DNA of 63,990 bases, counting the filler, from Chiloscyllium plagiosum (Eukaryota): NCBI RefSeq assembly GCF_004010195.1. It is 4 parts of one record of this genome, joined end to end, with 100 filler letters (N's around TTAATTAATTAA, not from the genome) between each part and the next. Parts side by side here need not be neighbours in the genome. Positions count along the whole stretch, not along the records: positions 31,958 to 46,934 come from NC_057710.1; positions 47,035 to 59,694 come from NC_057710.1; 2 more parts are not named here. One strand, 5' to 3'. A model generated the notes under the pieces. It was given only the letters and a program-made list of their open reading frames with translations, made no database searches and was not told the DNA's origin. Position 1 is the stretch's first letter, and each line of letters begins with the position of its first letter. The translations under genes were made by a program, and so were the position numbers. This document shows, piece by piece, positions 38,688 to 50,949 of the stretch.

Positions 38688-39735
38688 ATTTATATAAATG
38701 ATTTGGATGTGAACATAGGAGGTACAGTTAATAAGTCTGTAGATGACACCAAATTTGGAGGTGTAGTGGACAGTGTACAACAGGAACTTGGTCAGATGAG
38801 CCAATGGGCTGAGGAGTAGCAGGGGAAGTTTAATTTAGATAAATGTGAGGTGCTGCATTTTGGAAAGGCAAATCAGGGCAGGACTTATACACTTAATGAT
38901 AAGGTCCTGGGGGTTGTTGCTTGAAAAAGACACCTTGGAGTGCAAGTTCATAGTTCCTTGAAAGTGGAGTTGCAGATAGATAGGATAATGAAGAAGGCAT
39001 TTGATATGCTTTCCTTTATTGGTCAGAGTTAAAAATCATACAACACTTGGTTATAGTCCAACAGGCTTACTTGGAGGTACTAGCTTTCGAAGCGCTGCTT
39101 CTTCATCATGTGGTTGTCCAATCTCCAAGTCATTTATTGGTCAGAGCATTGAGTACAGGAGTTGGAAGGTCATGTTGTGGCTGTACATGACATTGGTTAG
39201 ACCACTTTTGGAATCTCTGTGCAATTCTGGCCTTCCACTTCCAGAAGGATGTTGTGAAACCTGAAAGGATTCAGAAAAGACTTAAAAGGAGGGTTTGCTC
39301 TGTGGGGAGAGGCTGAATAAGTTGGGGCTATTTTCTCTGGAGCATTGGAGGCAGAGAGGTGACCTGATTGAGGTTTATAAAATCATGAGGGGCATGGAAA
39401 GAGGAAATAAACAAGATATTTTCCCTGGGGTGGGGGAGTCCAGAACTGTAGGGCATAGGTTTAGGGTAAAAGGGGAAAATTTATAAAGAACTAAGGGGCA
39501 ACTTTTTCATGCAGAGGGTTATGCATGTATGGAATGAGAGGAAGTGGTGAGGCTGGTATAATTACAGTATTTAAAAGCATTCTGGATGGGTATATGAAAA
39601 GGAAGGGTTTAGAGGGATATGGGCTAAGTGCTGATCGATGGGACTACATTTATTGGGATATCTGGTTAGCATTGATGAGTTGGGCCAAAGGGTCTGTATC
39701 TGTACTGTACATCTCTATTACTCTATGACTCTATG
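38688..39735 (+). mobile_element. CR1 RT C-terminus and 3' UTR, with a PLE-derived insert at ~39029-39130
   Basis: IYINDLD..VDDTK.GG, EYRSWKVML, RGDLIEVYKIMRG motifs; TTTATTGGTCAGAG duplicated either side of the insert. Confidence 0.88.
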
Positions 39736-40659
39736 CTACCACACATGCTGAGATTTTTCAGCAATTTCTGTTTTTGTTTCTGAGTTCTTTTAGGTTTTTT
39801 TGTCAAATAGCCCTACTAGTCATTAGGTTGGTTATTCTTTGAGTACCCAGTCCAGTTCGTAGTGAAAAGATTTGGCACTGAACTGCCCCACAAAAATTCT
39901 TCAAGGGCAACGTTATGAGCTGAATCTCGCAGGTTTTCTTTTGGTTAAGTGCTAGTTACAGAGCTTTTCACATTACTAACTACATACCCTGCCCGCATGC
40001 AATCCTCTCGGCTAATTCCATCCCCATCTTACCAAGCACTGTTCCAGGAACAACTTGCCATTCAGATGATGCTTGCCAGAAGACTAGCATCCCTACACCT
40101 CCACCATCTTTTAAAGGCTGCAGTGCCTTTAAACAATAGAACAATGGAAATCTGGCTACTCACTGCCCAGCATCCATTGGACACCTGCATTGTATCATTG
40201 GTCAGCAGGGAACACCACATACAGGCAGCCTAATCAAACAATTTCAAATGTGAGCTTTTATTTAAAGCCGTCAAAAACGAACACAAACAAAACCTTCAAT
40301 TTGCCCCACAACATGAAGCAAATAAAGACAATCCCCAGATTGCAAGCAGGTTCCTTTCCTGAGTTCATTAGCAAGTTGGAACACAACACAACACAATGTT
40401 GAGCAGCAGCTTGTAAGTACAGGTGATGTTCGTATGATGGAAATTTAATAGGTCGTAAGTACAAATGTTCATAAGCTGGATCTTCATAAGTCTGGATGGG
40501 TATGTGATCTTCATGAATCAGGACTCCTTGTACTGGCACCATTGACTACTTTACAGTCCATGATACATTGCTGTGCCCAGCTATCATTTACTGGAACTGG
40601 ATACCATACTGGTCCTGTCTGGTATGGGGCACTTGACACAGCTAACTTCTGGCATGCAC

Positions 40660-41070
40660 AAGAACATAAGAACATAAGAACTAGGAGCAGGAGTAGGCCG
40701 TCCGGCCCATCGAGCCTGGTCCGCCATTCAATAAGATCATGGATGATCTTTTCATGGACTCAGCTCCACTTACCCACCCTCTCACCACAACCCTTCAAAA
40801 TTATCTGTTCAAAAATTACCTGTCTTAGCTTTAAAACATTTACTGAGGAAGCCTCAACTACTTCACTGGGCAGGAAATTCCATAGATTTACAACCCTCTG
40901 GGTGAAGAAGTTCCTTCTCAATTCAGTCCTAAATCTGGTTCCTATTATTTTGAGGCTATGTCCTCTTGTTCTAGTTTCACCTCCCAGTGGAAACATCCTC
41001 TCTAATTCTTTCTGATCTACTCCCTTCATAATTTTATATGTTTCAGTAAGATTTCCCCCTCATTCTTCTA
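40660..41070 (-). mobile_element. CR1 3' end
   Basis: ORF 40760-41029 TRTRGHSLKI...FFTQRVVNLWNFLP; (AAGAACAT)n tail. Confidence 0.9.
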
Positions 41071-41089
41071 AAATAAGACCTTTATCCTT

Positions 41090-41900
41090 CTCAATGTCCT
41101 CGGAAGGTGGCTGTGGTTTCCTCAGCTCCTCAGTATCTGATTCTTGACCCCAGCATGCCAGGATGATGTGGCTCACTCTATTGTGGTTGAACTGGAGGCA
41201 GCCCCAGACTGATCATGGTGCTGTACCATGGCCCTGTCGAAGCAGTGGCAGCATTGTAATGACACCCCACATCAGTCCATAAAAAGGTCCAGAGACATTC
41301 GAATGCTCCAGGAGGTGGGGGTTATGGCAGCTGACAAGATGATGGGCACACACCTTCAAGATGTGGTAACAGTGAAGGGATTGGTGTAGGATCTCTCTGT
41401 TTTGCATCCACCAATGTATCAGGACAGTGATTGAGGGCACAGAGACACGATTACTGGTTCATTTTGGTCCCCATTGACGAGGTCAGTACTGCAGCCTGGG
41501 CAGGAGGATTCAGGAACATTGCTGGCATCCCCCATGGTGCAGGGTGCCACTGACCATGCACACATGGTACTGAGAGGACGGTATCACAACACTGCAGAAT
41601 TCATCACTGGGAAGGGATCCGATTCCATTAACATGCAGGCGATCTGTAATCACTGTTACCACTTCCTGAAGGTGTGTGCCCATCACAACTCCTACCCGCT
41701 GGAGCACTCAAATGTCTCTGGGCCTTTTTATGGTCAAGGATCCTTACAAGGCTGATTACCCAGGGACATGGGCTGCCCACTATGACCATAGCTCTTTACG
41801 GCATAGCTCAACGCCCAACTACATGGAGTGTCATTACAGGCTGTCTCATTCACAGCCACTGGGAGAAGATGGCCTCACATTCCTAGGTCCAACTACTACA
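41090..41900. mobile_element. PIF/Harbinger (HARBI1-like) transposase relics in two orientations
   Basis: ORF 41474-41755 VQGATDHAHM...FITGKGSDSINMQAICNH...LKVCA resembles the Harbinger GAIDCTH...NRKG.HS.NVQ.VCD motifs; the - strand near 41150-41215 reads DQSGAA.....RVSHIILAC. Confidence 0.7.
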
Positions 41901-42547
41901 TCCAGTGCAGTTCCATCACAGTATCCTAGGACATATGGAACCTATACTGCAGCTGCGCCTTGCTCATTGCCAGGAAATGGAGATGTGGCTGAGAAAACTC
42001 TGGGCCTCCAGTAAATCCCTCCCTCCCTCCCCCTCCCCATCTTGAGGAGATCTGCAACCTGGACCCCTCCCTGTGCTGTGTGCTCCTCATCTTCCATGGC
42101 AGCCTGTTGCTGCTCCTGGGCGTGCCATCTGCTCCATTTACCTTCAGCTTCTTTGGAAGACAGCCACAGTGATCAAGATCCAAACAGCAGCTGGATGTAG
42201 GACTCTTGCTGCCAATGACCTATTTTGGAAACTTAAAGAGCAAACAGGTTCTTAGCTCTGAAAACAGTCACTGGCAACATTGCCTGCAGATGAGGGCCCT
42301 TGAACGTTGTGTGAATAATCGGTCATATTTAACCAGCATTCACCTCTTTTTAAATTATTGCTGCAGGTCTCAGTGTCACTGAGATGCCAATGTTCAACTG
42401 GCAAGAACAAATGGAGTGGTGGCTTTGATTAGCATTTGGTCTCAGTGATTATCCTTTTCTGCAAATAGATGATGAAACAGTTGCAATGAAATGTAGCCGG
42501 GGTTTGCTAATGCTTGCTTCATGCATTTGTCCCTTAACTGTTCCTCT

Positions 42548-43945
42548 GTAAAATGGTGGCAGAGTATCAATGATGTGTCCCAGTTCCTGGCCCCTGGGGC
42601 CTGTCCACTTCTGTTTGCTTTCTTTCTTTCTCTTTAGTTTCTTTTCACTTTTACTTTTCACTTTTTCTTTTTCCTTTTTTTCTCTTTAAAAGCCTTTTCG
42701 ACATTTTTAGTAGGCCGAGTGTGGGTCCAATCAGCCAAGCACGTGCAGCAGTACCGGCAAGGTTCGGCCCCTCCGGGAGAGTGAGCCCTCACAGAGTTCG
42801 TGGCAGCAGCCAGCGTGGGCCCAGTGGTGAGAGATATCGCCAGATCATGGTGACTTCGTTGGTGAGCCCAGCACAGGACTTGAGGCAGTGATGGCTGTAA
42901 CAATGCTGTCACTTTAAAAGGGTCATTTTTGTCCTTGATCGTTTTTGAAGAGAGGTTATAAAGGCAGAGGTGCCGAAGAGTCTAGTGTAAGAGGCCTTCG
43001 GGTTTTTGTTAAAGCAGTTTAACAATGAAAGGGGAGTGGCCAGTTCTCCCAGTTCTAGTTTGTTTTTAGCTGTGGCAGTCACAAGATGTTGGAGTCCAGA
43101 AGAGCCGCAAGCTTCAGTATACGATTGCTCTGACTTTCTCCACGATCTCTCTCTGCATGCTGTTCCCTTTCCCTGTAAGAATCTGTGTTTGAATTTTCCT
43201 TTTTGCCAGAAGATGTATTTATACCAAGATGTATTGGAACTGTATTGGAACAGTTAATTAGTAATAGTTACTGTGTTGGGTCGGTTAAGTTTCCAATAGT
43301 CAATCTGTTCTAAATTCTGCTTTCTTCTGTTTGTGTTTCAACTGTAGTGTTTAAATAAATTATTTTCTGCTTGAAGCCGAGTGGTTTGATGAGTTGCATC
43401 ACACCTGGAACACCCACTTCACATCTGTCTTTAAAATAAGAAAAAGATTGGCGCAGTTACTTTCTTGAAATATTTTTAGGGGTCTGTCCTGGTCTATAAT
43501 ATGGCAGCACTGGTTTTCAAGATGGCAGCAATGACATGGTGGCTTCTGCGGTTGATGGAGAAGGTAGCATCTACGGTTGGTGTGGGAATTGGGATGTGGG
43601 CTTCAGCTGCAGTGATGCGGTAGGCCCAAACTGGTGGATCGACAGGGAGCAACAGTAGCATCGGCAGTGACGTGGGAGGCCCAGTGAGGTACACCTGGTG
43701 GCAGAGCAATAGTGATGATGGAGTGGGACTCCTGGAATGGATTGTGATGCGGGGGCACTGATGGGCACAGAGCACATTGTGGAGAACACCAACCAAGTCA
43801 AACGGAGCACAAGAGGGGAGGAAAAACTCTGTTTTTAATTGTATTCCATTAACATCTTCTATAACTCAAATGGTATCAGAGCGTGGTGATGACATATTTC
43901 ACTGTATCTACTTGTGAAATAGAAGCCTCAATTCAATCAATTAAT
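42548..43945 (+). mobile_element. Unclassified GC-rich non-autonomous element interrupted by the solo LTR
   Basis: AAAATGGTGGC start, pyrimidine tract, GC-rich body, TTTCACTGTA...(TCAA)n tail reminiscent of Rex/Babar 3' ends; similar architecture on the - strand at ~47720-48060. Confidence 0.35.
42896..43501 (+). mobile_element. Probable solo LTR (Gypsy/ERV-type), 606 bp
   Basis: Begins TGTAAC, ends ATAATA (likely decayed ATAACA), flanked by TGGC on both sides; TATAAA at ~42957 and AATAAA at ~43354; AT-rich block interrupting a GC-rich element. Confidence 0.6.
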
Positions 43946-44044
43946 TCCAGCAGACATGAATCCTGCATTTTTTGCCCATCTGGACGTTATCCCAGCCATT
44001 TTCCACTTGTATTTCACCTCTGGAGAATAAGCAGGCCCTAATGC

Positions 44045-44585
44045 CCATTAGGCCTGCACTGGCATACAAAACACTTTTCTAAACTAAAAATTGTTTGCCT
44101 CTACATGGTCCGTATCCCTGTATTCCCTGTCTATTCATGTATCTATCTATCATCTATCATGTAAGGGGTCCCTCTTAAATGCTGCTGTTGTATCTGCTTC
44201 TACCACCTCCTTTGACAGTGCATTCCAGTCACTTACCATCCTCTGTGTATAAACCTTTCCTCTGATACTTTCTTTAAACTTTTCCCTTTTACCTTAAACC
44301 GATACCTCCTAGTAATTGACATTTCTATCCAGAGAAAAACACTCTGACTACCCATGCCTCTCATAAGTTTGTAAATTTCTCTCAAGTTGCCCTCTCACCC
44401 CCCAATGTTCAAGTAAAACAAACCAAGTTTGTCCAATCTCCCCTTGTAGCTAATATCCTCCAAACCAGGCAACATCCTGGTAAATCCTTCCCGTACCCTC
44501 TTCAAAGCTCCCACATCCTTCTTATAGTGTGGTGATCAAAACTGTACACAACATTCCAAAGGTGGCTTAAATAAAGTCCTATACA
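44045..44585 (-). mobile_element. CR1 3' fragment
   Basis: CCAGGCAACATCCTGGTAAATC..AAAGCTCCCACATCCTT is the reverse of the KDV.ALE....FTRMLPG coding sequence. Confidence 0.85.
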
Positions 44586-44867
44586 ACAGAATGTCAAGTG
44601 ATGGCAGGGATCACCGTTCATGGTGAACACTGTCTGATCTGCCTGGTTACGAGGTACCCCCCACCCCCAGACCCTCCATGTCCTGTTTTAGCTTGCATTA
44701 GCCAAACTGCCCATTTCATCTCATTCTGACTCTTTCCATGCAGAGACCTATCACATTGATCTTTGCCACCATTGTCCTCTCTGACCTCTGAGAACCATAA
44801 TCATCTTACACCTGTATGTTCTTTCTACAGAGGCTATGGTAGTGGTCATTGCCAATATGATTGTAAC

Positions 44868-45237
44868 TGGGTGGCATGGTGGCTCAGTGGCAGTGCCAGG
44901 GACCTGGATTCAATTCCAGCCTCAGGCAACTATCTGTGTGGAGTTTGCAGATTCTCCCCATGTCTGCATGGGTTTCCTCCGGGTGCTCCGGTTTCCTCCC
45001 ATAGTCCAAACATGTGCAGGTTAGGTGAATTGGCCATAATAAATTGCCCATAGTGTCCAAGAATGGGTGGATTAATTAGTCATGCGAAATGCAGGGTGGA
45101 TTAATTAGTCATGCGAAATGCAGGGTTACAGTTAAAGGATAGGGAGTAGGACTGGGTGGGATGCTGATCAGATGGTCAGTATGGATTCAATGGGCTGAAT
45201 GGCCTGCTTCCATACTTTAGGGATTCTATGATTCTAT
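44868..45237 (+). mobile_element. HE1-related V-SINE with an internal 29-bp tandem duplication (45065-45122)
   Basis: TGGTGGCTCAGTGG, GATTCAATTCC, V-domain, (ATTCTATG)n tail. Confidence 0.85.
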
Positions 45238-45659
45238 GAATATAACCCTTTGCTGTAGCCTACCATGCTGTTCTGCATATTCCCCATCAATCTTGGGGCT
45301 GCTCCCTCTCTTTGTACTTGTCTCCATCTCTACAAATGCTCTCCAACCACCAAGATTTGACTCCTTCACCATTTTTGGCAGTGAATTTCCCACTGCTCAA
45401 AAAAGGCCTCTTCTTGCACCCTCCTTGATGATCTATGGATGAACCCTCAGGATTGTATTCACACCAGAAGTCTGACTGACTTCAACAAGCAGCTCTGAGG
45501 CATGACTAACCAGACCCCCGACCACTTTCTTTGCAGACCCCTGAGTGACTATTCTCTGCTGATCGACAGAACTGACCATGGCCAATTCCTCAGATTGTTG
45601 TCACATACATCTAGTCAAGAGGAAGAAGGAAGCAAGGATCAGAGAGGACTCAAGAGGAT

Positions 45660-46245
45660 TACAAGGTATGTTGTGGTTCTGTTCGCCGAGCTGGGAATTT
45701 GTGTTGCAGACGTTTCGTCCCCTGTCTAGGTGACATTCTCAGTGCTTGGGAACCTCCTGTGAAGCACTTCTGTGATGTTTCCTCCGGCATTTGTAGTGTT
45801 TTGAATCTGCCGCTTCCGGTTGTCAGTTCCAGCTGTCCACTGCAGTGGCCGGTATATTGGGTCCAGGTCAATGTGCTTATTGATTGAATCAACAACCAGC
45901 CACGAAACGACACCAACTAGCCACGAAACGACATGACCAGCTATCCTCAGTATCCACACACTCAGATGACAAGCAACATGAATTCGACTGGGACAACAAT
46001 ACTATTATAGGACAAGCCAAACAGAACAGCCAGGGAATTCCTAGAGGCATGGCACTCATCCACTGATTCAATTAATAAGCACATTGACCTGGACCCAATA
46101 TACCGGCCACTGCAGCGGACAGCTGGAACTGACAACCGGAAGCGGCAGATTCAAACCACTACAAATGGCGGAGGAAAGATCACAGAAGCGCTTCACAGGA
46201 GGGTCCCTAGCACTGAGGATGTCACCTAGACAGGGGATGAAACGT
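45660..46245 (+). mobile_element. Penelope (Poseidon-like) 3' fragment with inverted pLTR, family C
   Basis: GIY-YIG C-terminal region HQLATKRHD.LS..STH.D...HEFDWDN..IIGQAKQ..REFLEAWHS....INKHIDLDPIY; ~180-bp inverted repeat 45710-45890 vs 46065-46245. Confidence 0.82.
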
Positions 46246-46249
46246 GATC

Positions 46250-46665
46250 TTTGCATCTTCACTGTCCACTGGAGTAGTAACAGATAATTGGAGGGTGGTA
46301 AGTGTTATTCCCTTGTTCAAGAAAGGGAATAGGGTTAACCCTGGGAATTTCAGTCTTACATTGGTGGTGGGAAAATTATTGGAGAGGATTCTGAGAAACC
46401 AGACTATTTGGAAAACCCTAGCTTGATTAGAAATAGTCAGCATGGCTTTCTGAGGGGCAAGTCATGCCACATAAGCCTTATTGAATTCTTTGTGGATGTG
46501 GCAAAACACATTGATGAAAGTAGAGCAGTGGATGTGATGTATATAGGTTTTAGCAAGGTGTTTGATAGGGCTCCCCATGGTAGGTTCATTCAGAAAGTAA
46601 GGAGGCATGGGATACAGGAAAATTTGGCTGTCTGAATACAGATTTGGCTGGCCAATAGAAGACAG
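46250..46665 (+). mobile_element. CR1 RT fragment
   Basis: WRVVSVIPLFKKG, SQHGFLRGKSC..LIEFF, AVDVMY..FSK.FD motifs. Confidence 0.88.
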
Positions 46666-46934
46666 AGCTGAAAATATGTTGCTGGAAAAGCGCAGCAGGT
46701 CAGGCAGCATCCAAGGAGCAGGAGAATCGACGTTTCGGGCATGAGCCCTTCTTCAGGAATGAGGAGAGTGTGCCAAGCAGGCTAAGATAAAGGTAGGGAG
46801 GACGGACTTGGGGGAGGGGCATTGGAAATGCGATAGATGGAAGGAGGTTAAGGTGAGGGTGATAGGCCAGAGTGGGGGTGGGGGTGGAGAGGTCAGGAAG
46901 AAGATTGCAGGTTAGGAAGGTGGTGCTGAGTTTG
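46665..46934 (-). mobile_element. PLE pLTR fragment, family A, intact hammerhead-like core at 46729-46756
   Basis: Reverse complement reads CTGAAGA-A-GGGC-TCAT-GCCC-GAAA-CGTC. Confidence 0.75.
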
Positions 46935-47034
46935 NNNNNNNNNNNNNNNNNNNNNNNNNNNNNNNNNNNNNNNNNNNNTTAATTAATTAANNNNNNNNNN
47001 NNNNNNNNNNNNNNNNNNNNNNNNNNNNNNNNNN
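46935..47034. other. 100-bp scaffold gap with artificial TTAATTAATTAA spacer
   Basis: 44 N + 12-mer (46979-46990) + 44 N. Confidence 0.97.
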
Positions 47035-47720
47035 CTCTCTTACCCTTCCTGGAGTTAACCCATTTATGTGACTGTATCTGAGACTTTCCCCCCTTCTTAT
47101 AACTGCCATTCACCACATACTGTTGCTGTTGCAAATTTCTCATCGCTTCTATCTGTCTCTCCAACCGATCCACTCGATCTGATAAGATTTGCATCCAACA
47201 GCATTTATGGCAGATATAATCAACAGTAACCCTTAAACTGTCTTTAAACTCCCACATCTGACAAGAAGTACATATCACTGCAAAGGCCATTTTTGCTCCT
47301 ACACAATCTACAGACCCAGAAAATAACACCGTCTTATTCCTCTACAAACACTGCTCCAGGTTAAATTAATAGCTATGGCTTATATTTTAAGTTTAATCAA
47401 GAGATTTATCTCCAAAAACATATAATCAAGAAAGAATCCACTGTACTCACTACTGCAGACTTTCTCTTGGAGAGACTTAAAACAACAATTAACTTATCTG
47501 ATTCTGTGCTGTGAACTTCACCTAACAGTTCCTCCAAGATTAGTTGTGAATGTCACTGTTTGTTAATTTTCCCAGATGCACTCCGATGTCCAGTGATACA
47601 CAAATTCAAACAGCAAAGGCAGCAACTGTGCAGGTTCTCTCTCTCTCTCTCTCTCTTTCTCCTGCACTGTCCTCACCATGTGCTTCCTTTGTCTGCTCTT
47701 CTACCTTTTAAACTGCTGTT
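47035..47720 (-). mobile_element. CR1 5' region: ORF1 zinc-finger/coiled-coil N-terminus and putative 5' UTR
   Basis: MAFAVICTSCQMWE...DYICHKC...LSDRVDRLERQIEAMR (CxxC..CxxC plus leucine zipper). Confidence 0.78.
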
Positions 47721-50042
47721 GTTTTGACTTTTTGATGCCGTAAGTCCACGCTGAGCCGAAAGACTGCTATGTCCGGCTGCTGAGAGACCACTACACTAAG
47801 CCGGGAGACAGCCGCGATGGGCCGGGAGATAGCCACACTAGGCCAAGTATGCCAGACCAAGAAATTGTTATGCTGGGTCCATGCTGAGGCTGAGAGTCTG
47901 AGTCCACTCTGAGGGCAGGAGTCTGAATCTGCAGTGAGGCCAGGAGTTTGGGGCACCATCGAAAAGAAAGAAGGAAAAAAAGAACAAAAGAGAGAGAAAA
48001 AAAATAAATGGATGGAATGGAAGACTCCGGCTGAGGAGTCCTAATCTGCTGCCATCTTGGAATTTTGCAATCTTTTTGACAAATCTACCTCTAACAAATT
48101 AGTGAAAAGATTTTACAGTAATGTTTCTGTTCCAAAGTTCAGAATACAGTAACTTACTGGTTTACTTTCACCTTGTGACTCTATAGTGGCATTGGAGGCC
48201 AAACCAGCAAGCAGCCAAAAGGTGGGAAAGTAGGGCAGAAGTTGCAAGCCACATGTGGGTGGGAAAGAGTATTTTGATCAGAAGCCCTGCCATTTAATCT
48301 TTTTCAAAGACTCTTCACAGTCAGCAACAGATTTGGTGGGAATTCAAGAATTTCTTTTTCAGCAGTGGTCCAGAGCCAAAAACAGAGCAGCCTCCTGGCA
48401 AGGGCAGCATAAAATGCATGAATACTATTTCCTGCACCTACTGATAGAGAGCGCTCATTGACAGGCACAGTTCAAGGCTCAGAGTTCAAATTACTTGATA
48501 AATAAGAATTTTTTTTGTAAAAGGGCTGGAATTTTCCCATGCCTCAGCCAATGTTGGCAGAGATACACAGTTGGGCTTTAAAGCTGCTTGTAAAACTGAA
48601 GGTATTGGCGATAATAGTATTTTTGCTTCTCCAATTGTACATTTCCACAACAAAGCTGAACAATGTGACCATTTCCCTCCACAGCTCCCAATACTCCGCC
48701 ATCCTTTCTGGCAGGTCATAAAAGTTAAAATTTCAGCTGTAAGCTCTCATATCTTATCATGTACTATGCTATACCTCTCCTTCTCACCATTCTCTAACCC
48801 TAATCCACCTTCTTCTTTGTTCCAGGCTTTTAAAGCTTCTATATTTTCCCCAATCTCTAAAACTCTAAACTTGGCTTCTCTCTCTTCAGCCTCCAATTCT
48901 TCAGTACATTCCCCTCAATCTCCAATTCTGCTTTATCTTCTATATGCCTCACATATATCCCAGCTCTACAACTATTTACCTTTCTTTTCCGTCTGAATTG
49001 ACCGTACCTTTCCATTCAATTTATCAATGGAACCTTCTCATTTCACCTTCTGAATTGCAGTCTTCCTTTCATTCTGGGTCCAGCTACTATCCAATTTCAT
49101 CTTAATTCACATTATGATTCGCTGTACTGTTTCAATATCCTGAAGACAAAAACTGTATAAACTATTCATCTTTGATTTGCTTCTTAATTCTGACTCAAAT
49201 TTACCCCTTTATGATAGTTTTCCACCATTATCTTTCAACTGCTGCTTTTCCTTTTGTTTCTCATTCCAACCTTAGCATTTCTTTCTTCACTTATGGGATG
49301 TGGCCATCACTGGCTGGGGCAACATTTATTGCCCGTCCCTAGTTGCGCTTGAGAAATTGGTAGTGAACCACTGGAGTCTATGTGCTGTAGATTGACTAAT
49401 ATGAGATATTGCAATATGATATATTGTGTTGTCGGTTATTCTTATTAACTCACTCACCAGCTCACTACATTTTACTGCACTTTCACACCTCATCAGCCCT
49501 TGCTACAAGCAGTGTTTACCTCTGAATAAATGTAGCACACAGAATAATACCATCCCCATCAAGTTTCCACGAAACATTATAATATTAATCAGCACTTACC
49601 AACCATCTCCTGGACCTGAATAGTTTCCCCAATAGTTACCTGGTAAATACCTTTTAACTGGGCCATTATCCATTCAAGAAACTAACTGACAGAACAGCGC
49701 TTCCATGAAATTGCATGAATGATTGAAACCCATACCAGCAAATAATAAATAAATCTCACTGCAGCAATCAGTTTTATGTCCTTTATTCTTTTATTAAGTA
49801 CAGGTACAATTTCTAACTTTTTGGAGCGTACAGGCCTAGTATTTTTACTCAAAATTACTAATTAAAAGACAAAAGGAATAACACCTCCTAATTATGCAAG
49901 TAGACCAGACAGACACTTTTAATCCCATCAGAAGTAGCAGCCAGCATTTATCCCAGCTTCTGTCTCCCAGGATAGAAGCCTTTCAAACTTTTGTGTACTA
50001 TAGATAAGAAAAGTAATACCATAATAAAGGAATTTTAATATA

Positions 50043-50945
50043 TGTAAGAACTGTGTATCAAGGGGCAATTGTAAGAACTATATTTTGGGATTCTCTCACT
50101 GCCTTGAACTTGTGCTGCGATTGCTGAATAAAAGAGACTATTTTCACCACTCTCTGCTCCCGGTCATTATTTGAACATGATCCCACAACTTGGCAGAATC
50201 GGTAGGATCGCTGGGGACAACGTTCAAACTGACCGGTCACTGACAGTTATTTGAGGGGAAGAAGCTTCCTTCTTAGAGTCCTGATTGTGAGCCTGAACCT
50301 TTTGTGAGTTGGTTATGTTATTTCAAATACCCTGCATCGAGACTTCAGATCGACTAACATAGTCTACTGCAGGGAATTATCTACAGCAGGAAGTTGTTCA
50401 AGACGTGTAAATTAGGGTGATCATGAATGACCCTGGGAAACTGTTATAATGTCCAGCGGTGGACTAGCCCCTCCTGATATAACTGAGGAAGAAATGCTGT
50501 GGCAGTTACAGAATTACCTTGAGGTACAGTTCTCGTTCAGGAAGACCCTAACCAAAATTGGGCAGAAGTATAATATGCTCCAAGGACAGTGGACCCTGGA
50601 TGACATGAGATGGGTCTGGGGAAAAACCACCAAACAGTAAAATAAAGTCAGAATTAAATTGTCCCTTGTATTAATGGGATAAATTTGCCAGTGAAATGAA
50701 GTCATGTCCCGGTCAGCCCATGATCATGAAGAAACCCAACTTAAAGAGCAACTACAAACAATGCATGAACAGCAGCAGAAAGAAAGATCCAAACAGGAAA
50801 GAGCTCATCTTAAAAATCAGCTGCTTGAATAAGAGAACAATAAACTGAAGGTTGAGATACAGTCCTTTAAGTTTCTTCCCTAGTTCCTAAGCCCACACAA
50901 AATTTGTACCCAACCAGTCGAGACATCCCGGAAGTGATTCGGTAA
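50043..50945 (+). mobile_element. Probable LTR retroelement/ERV 5' end: LTR remnant, PBS and decayed gag-like frame
   Basis: TGTAAG start, AATAAA at 50127, ...CCCACA then TGGCAGAATCGGTAGGATCG (50191-50210); ORF from 50449 continues in the same frame through several stops into a coiled-coil-like region. Confidence 0.55.
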
Positions 50946-50949
50946 ATTA

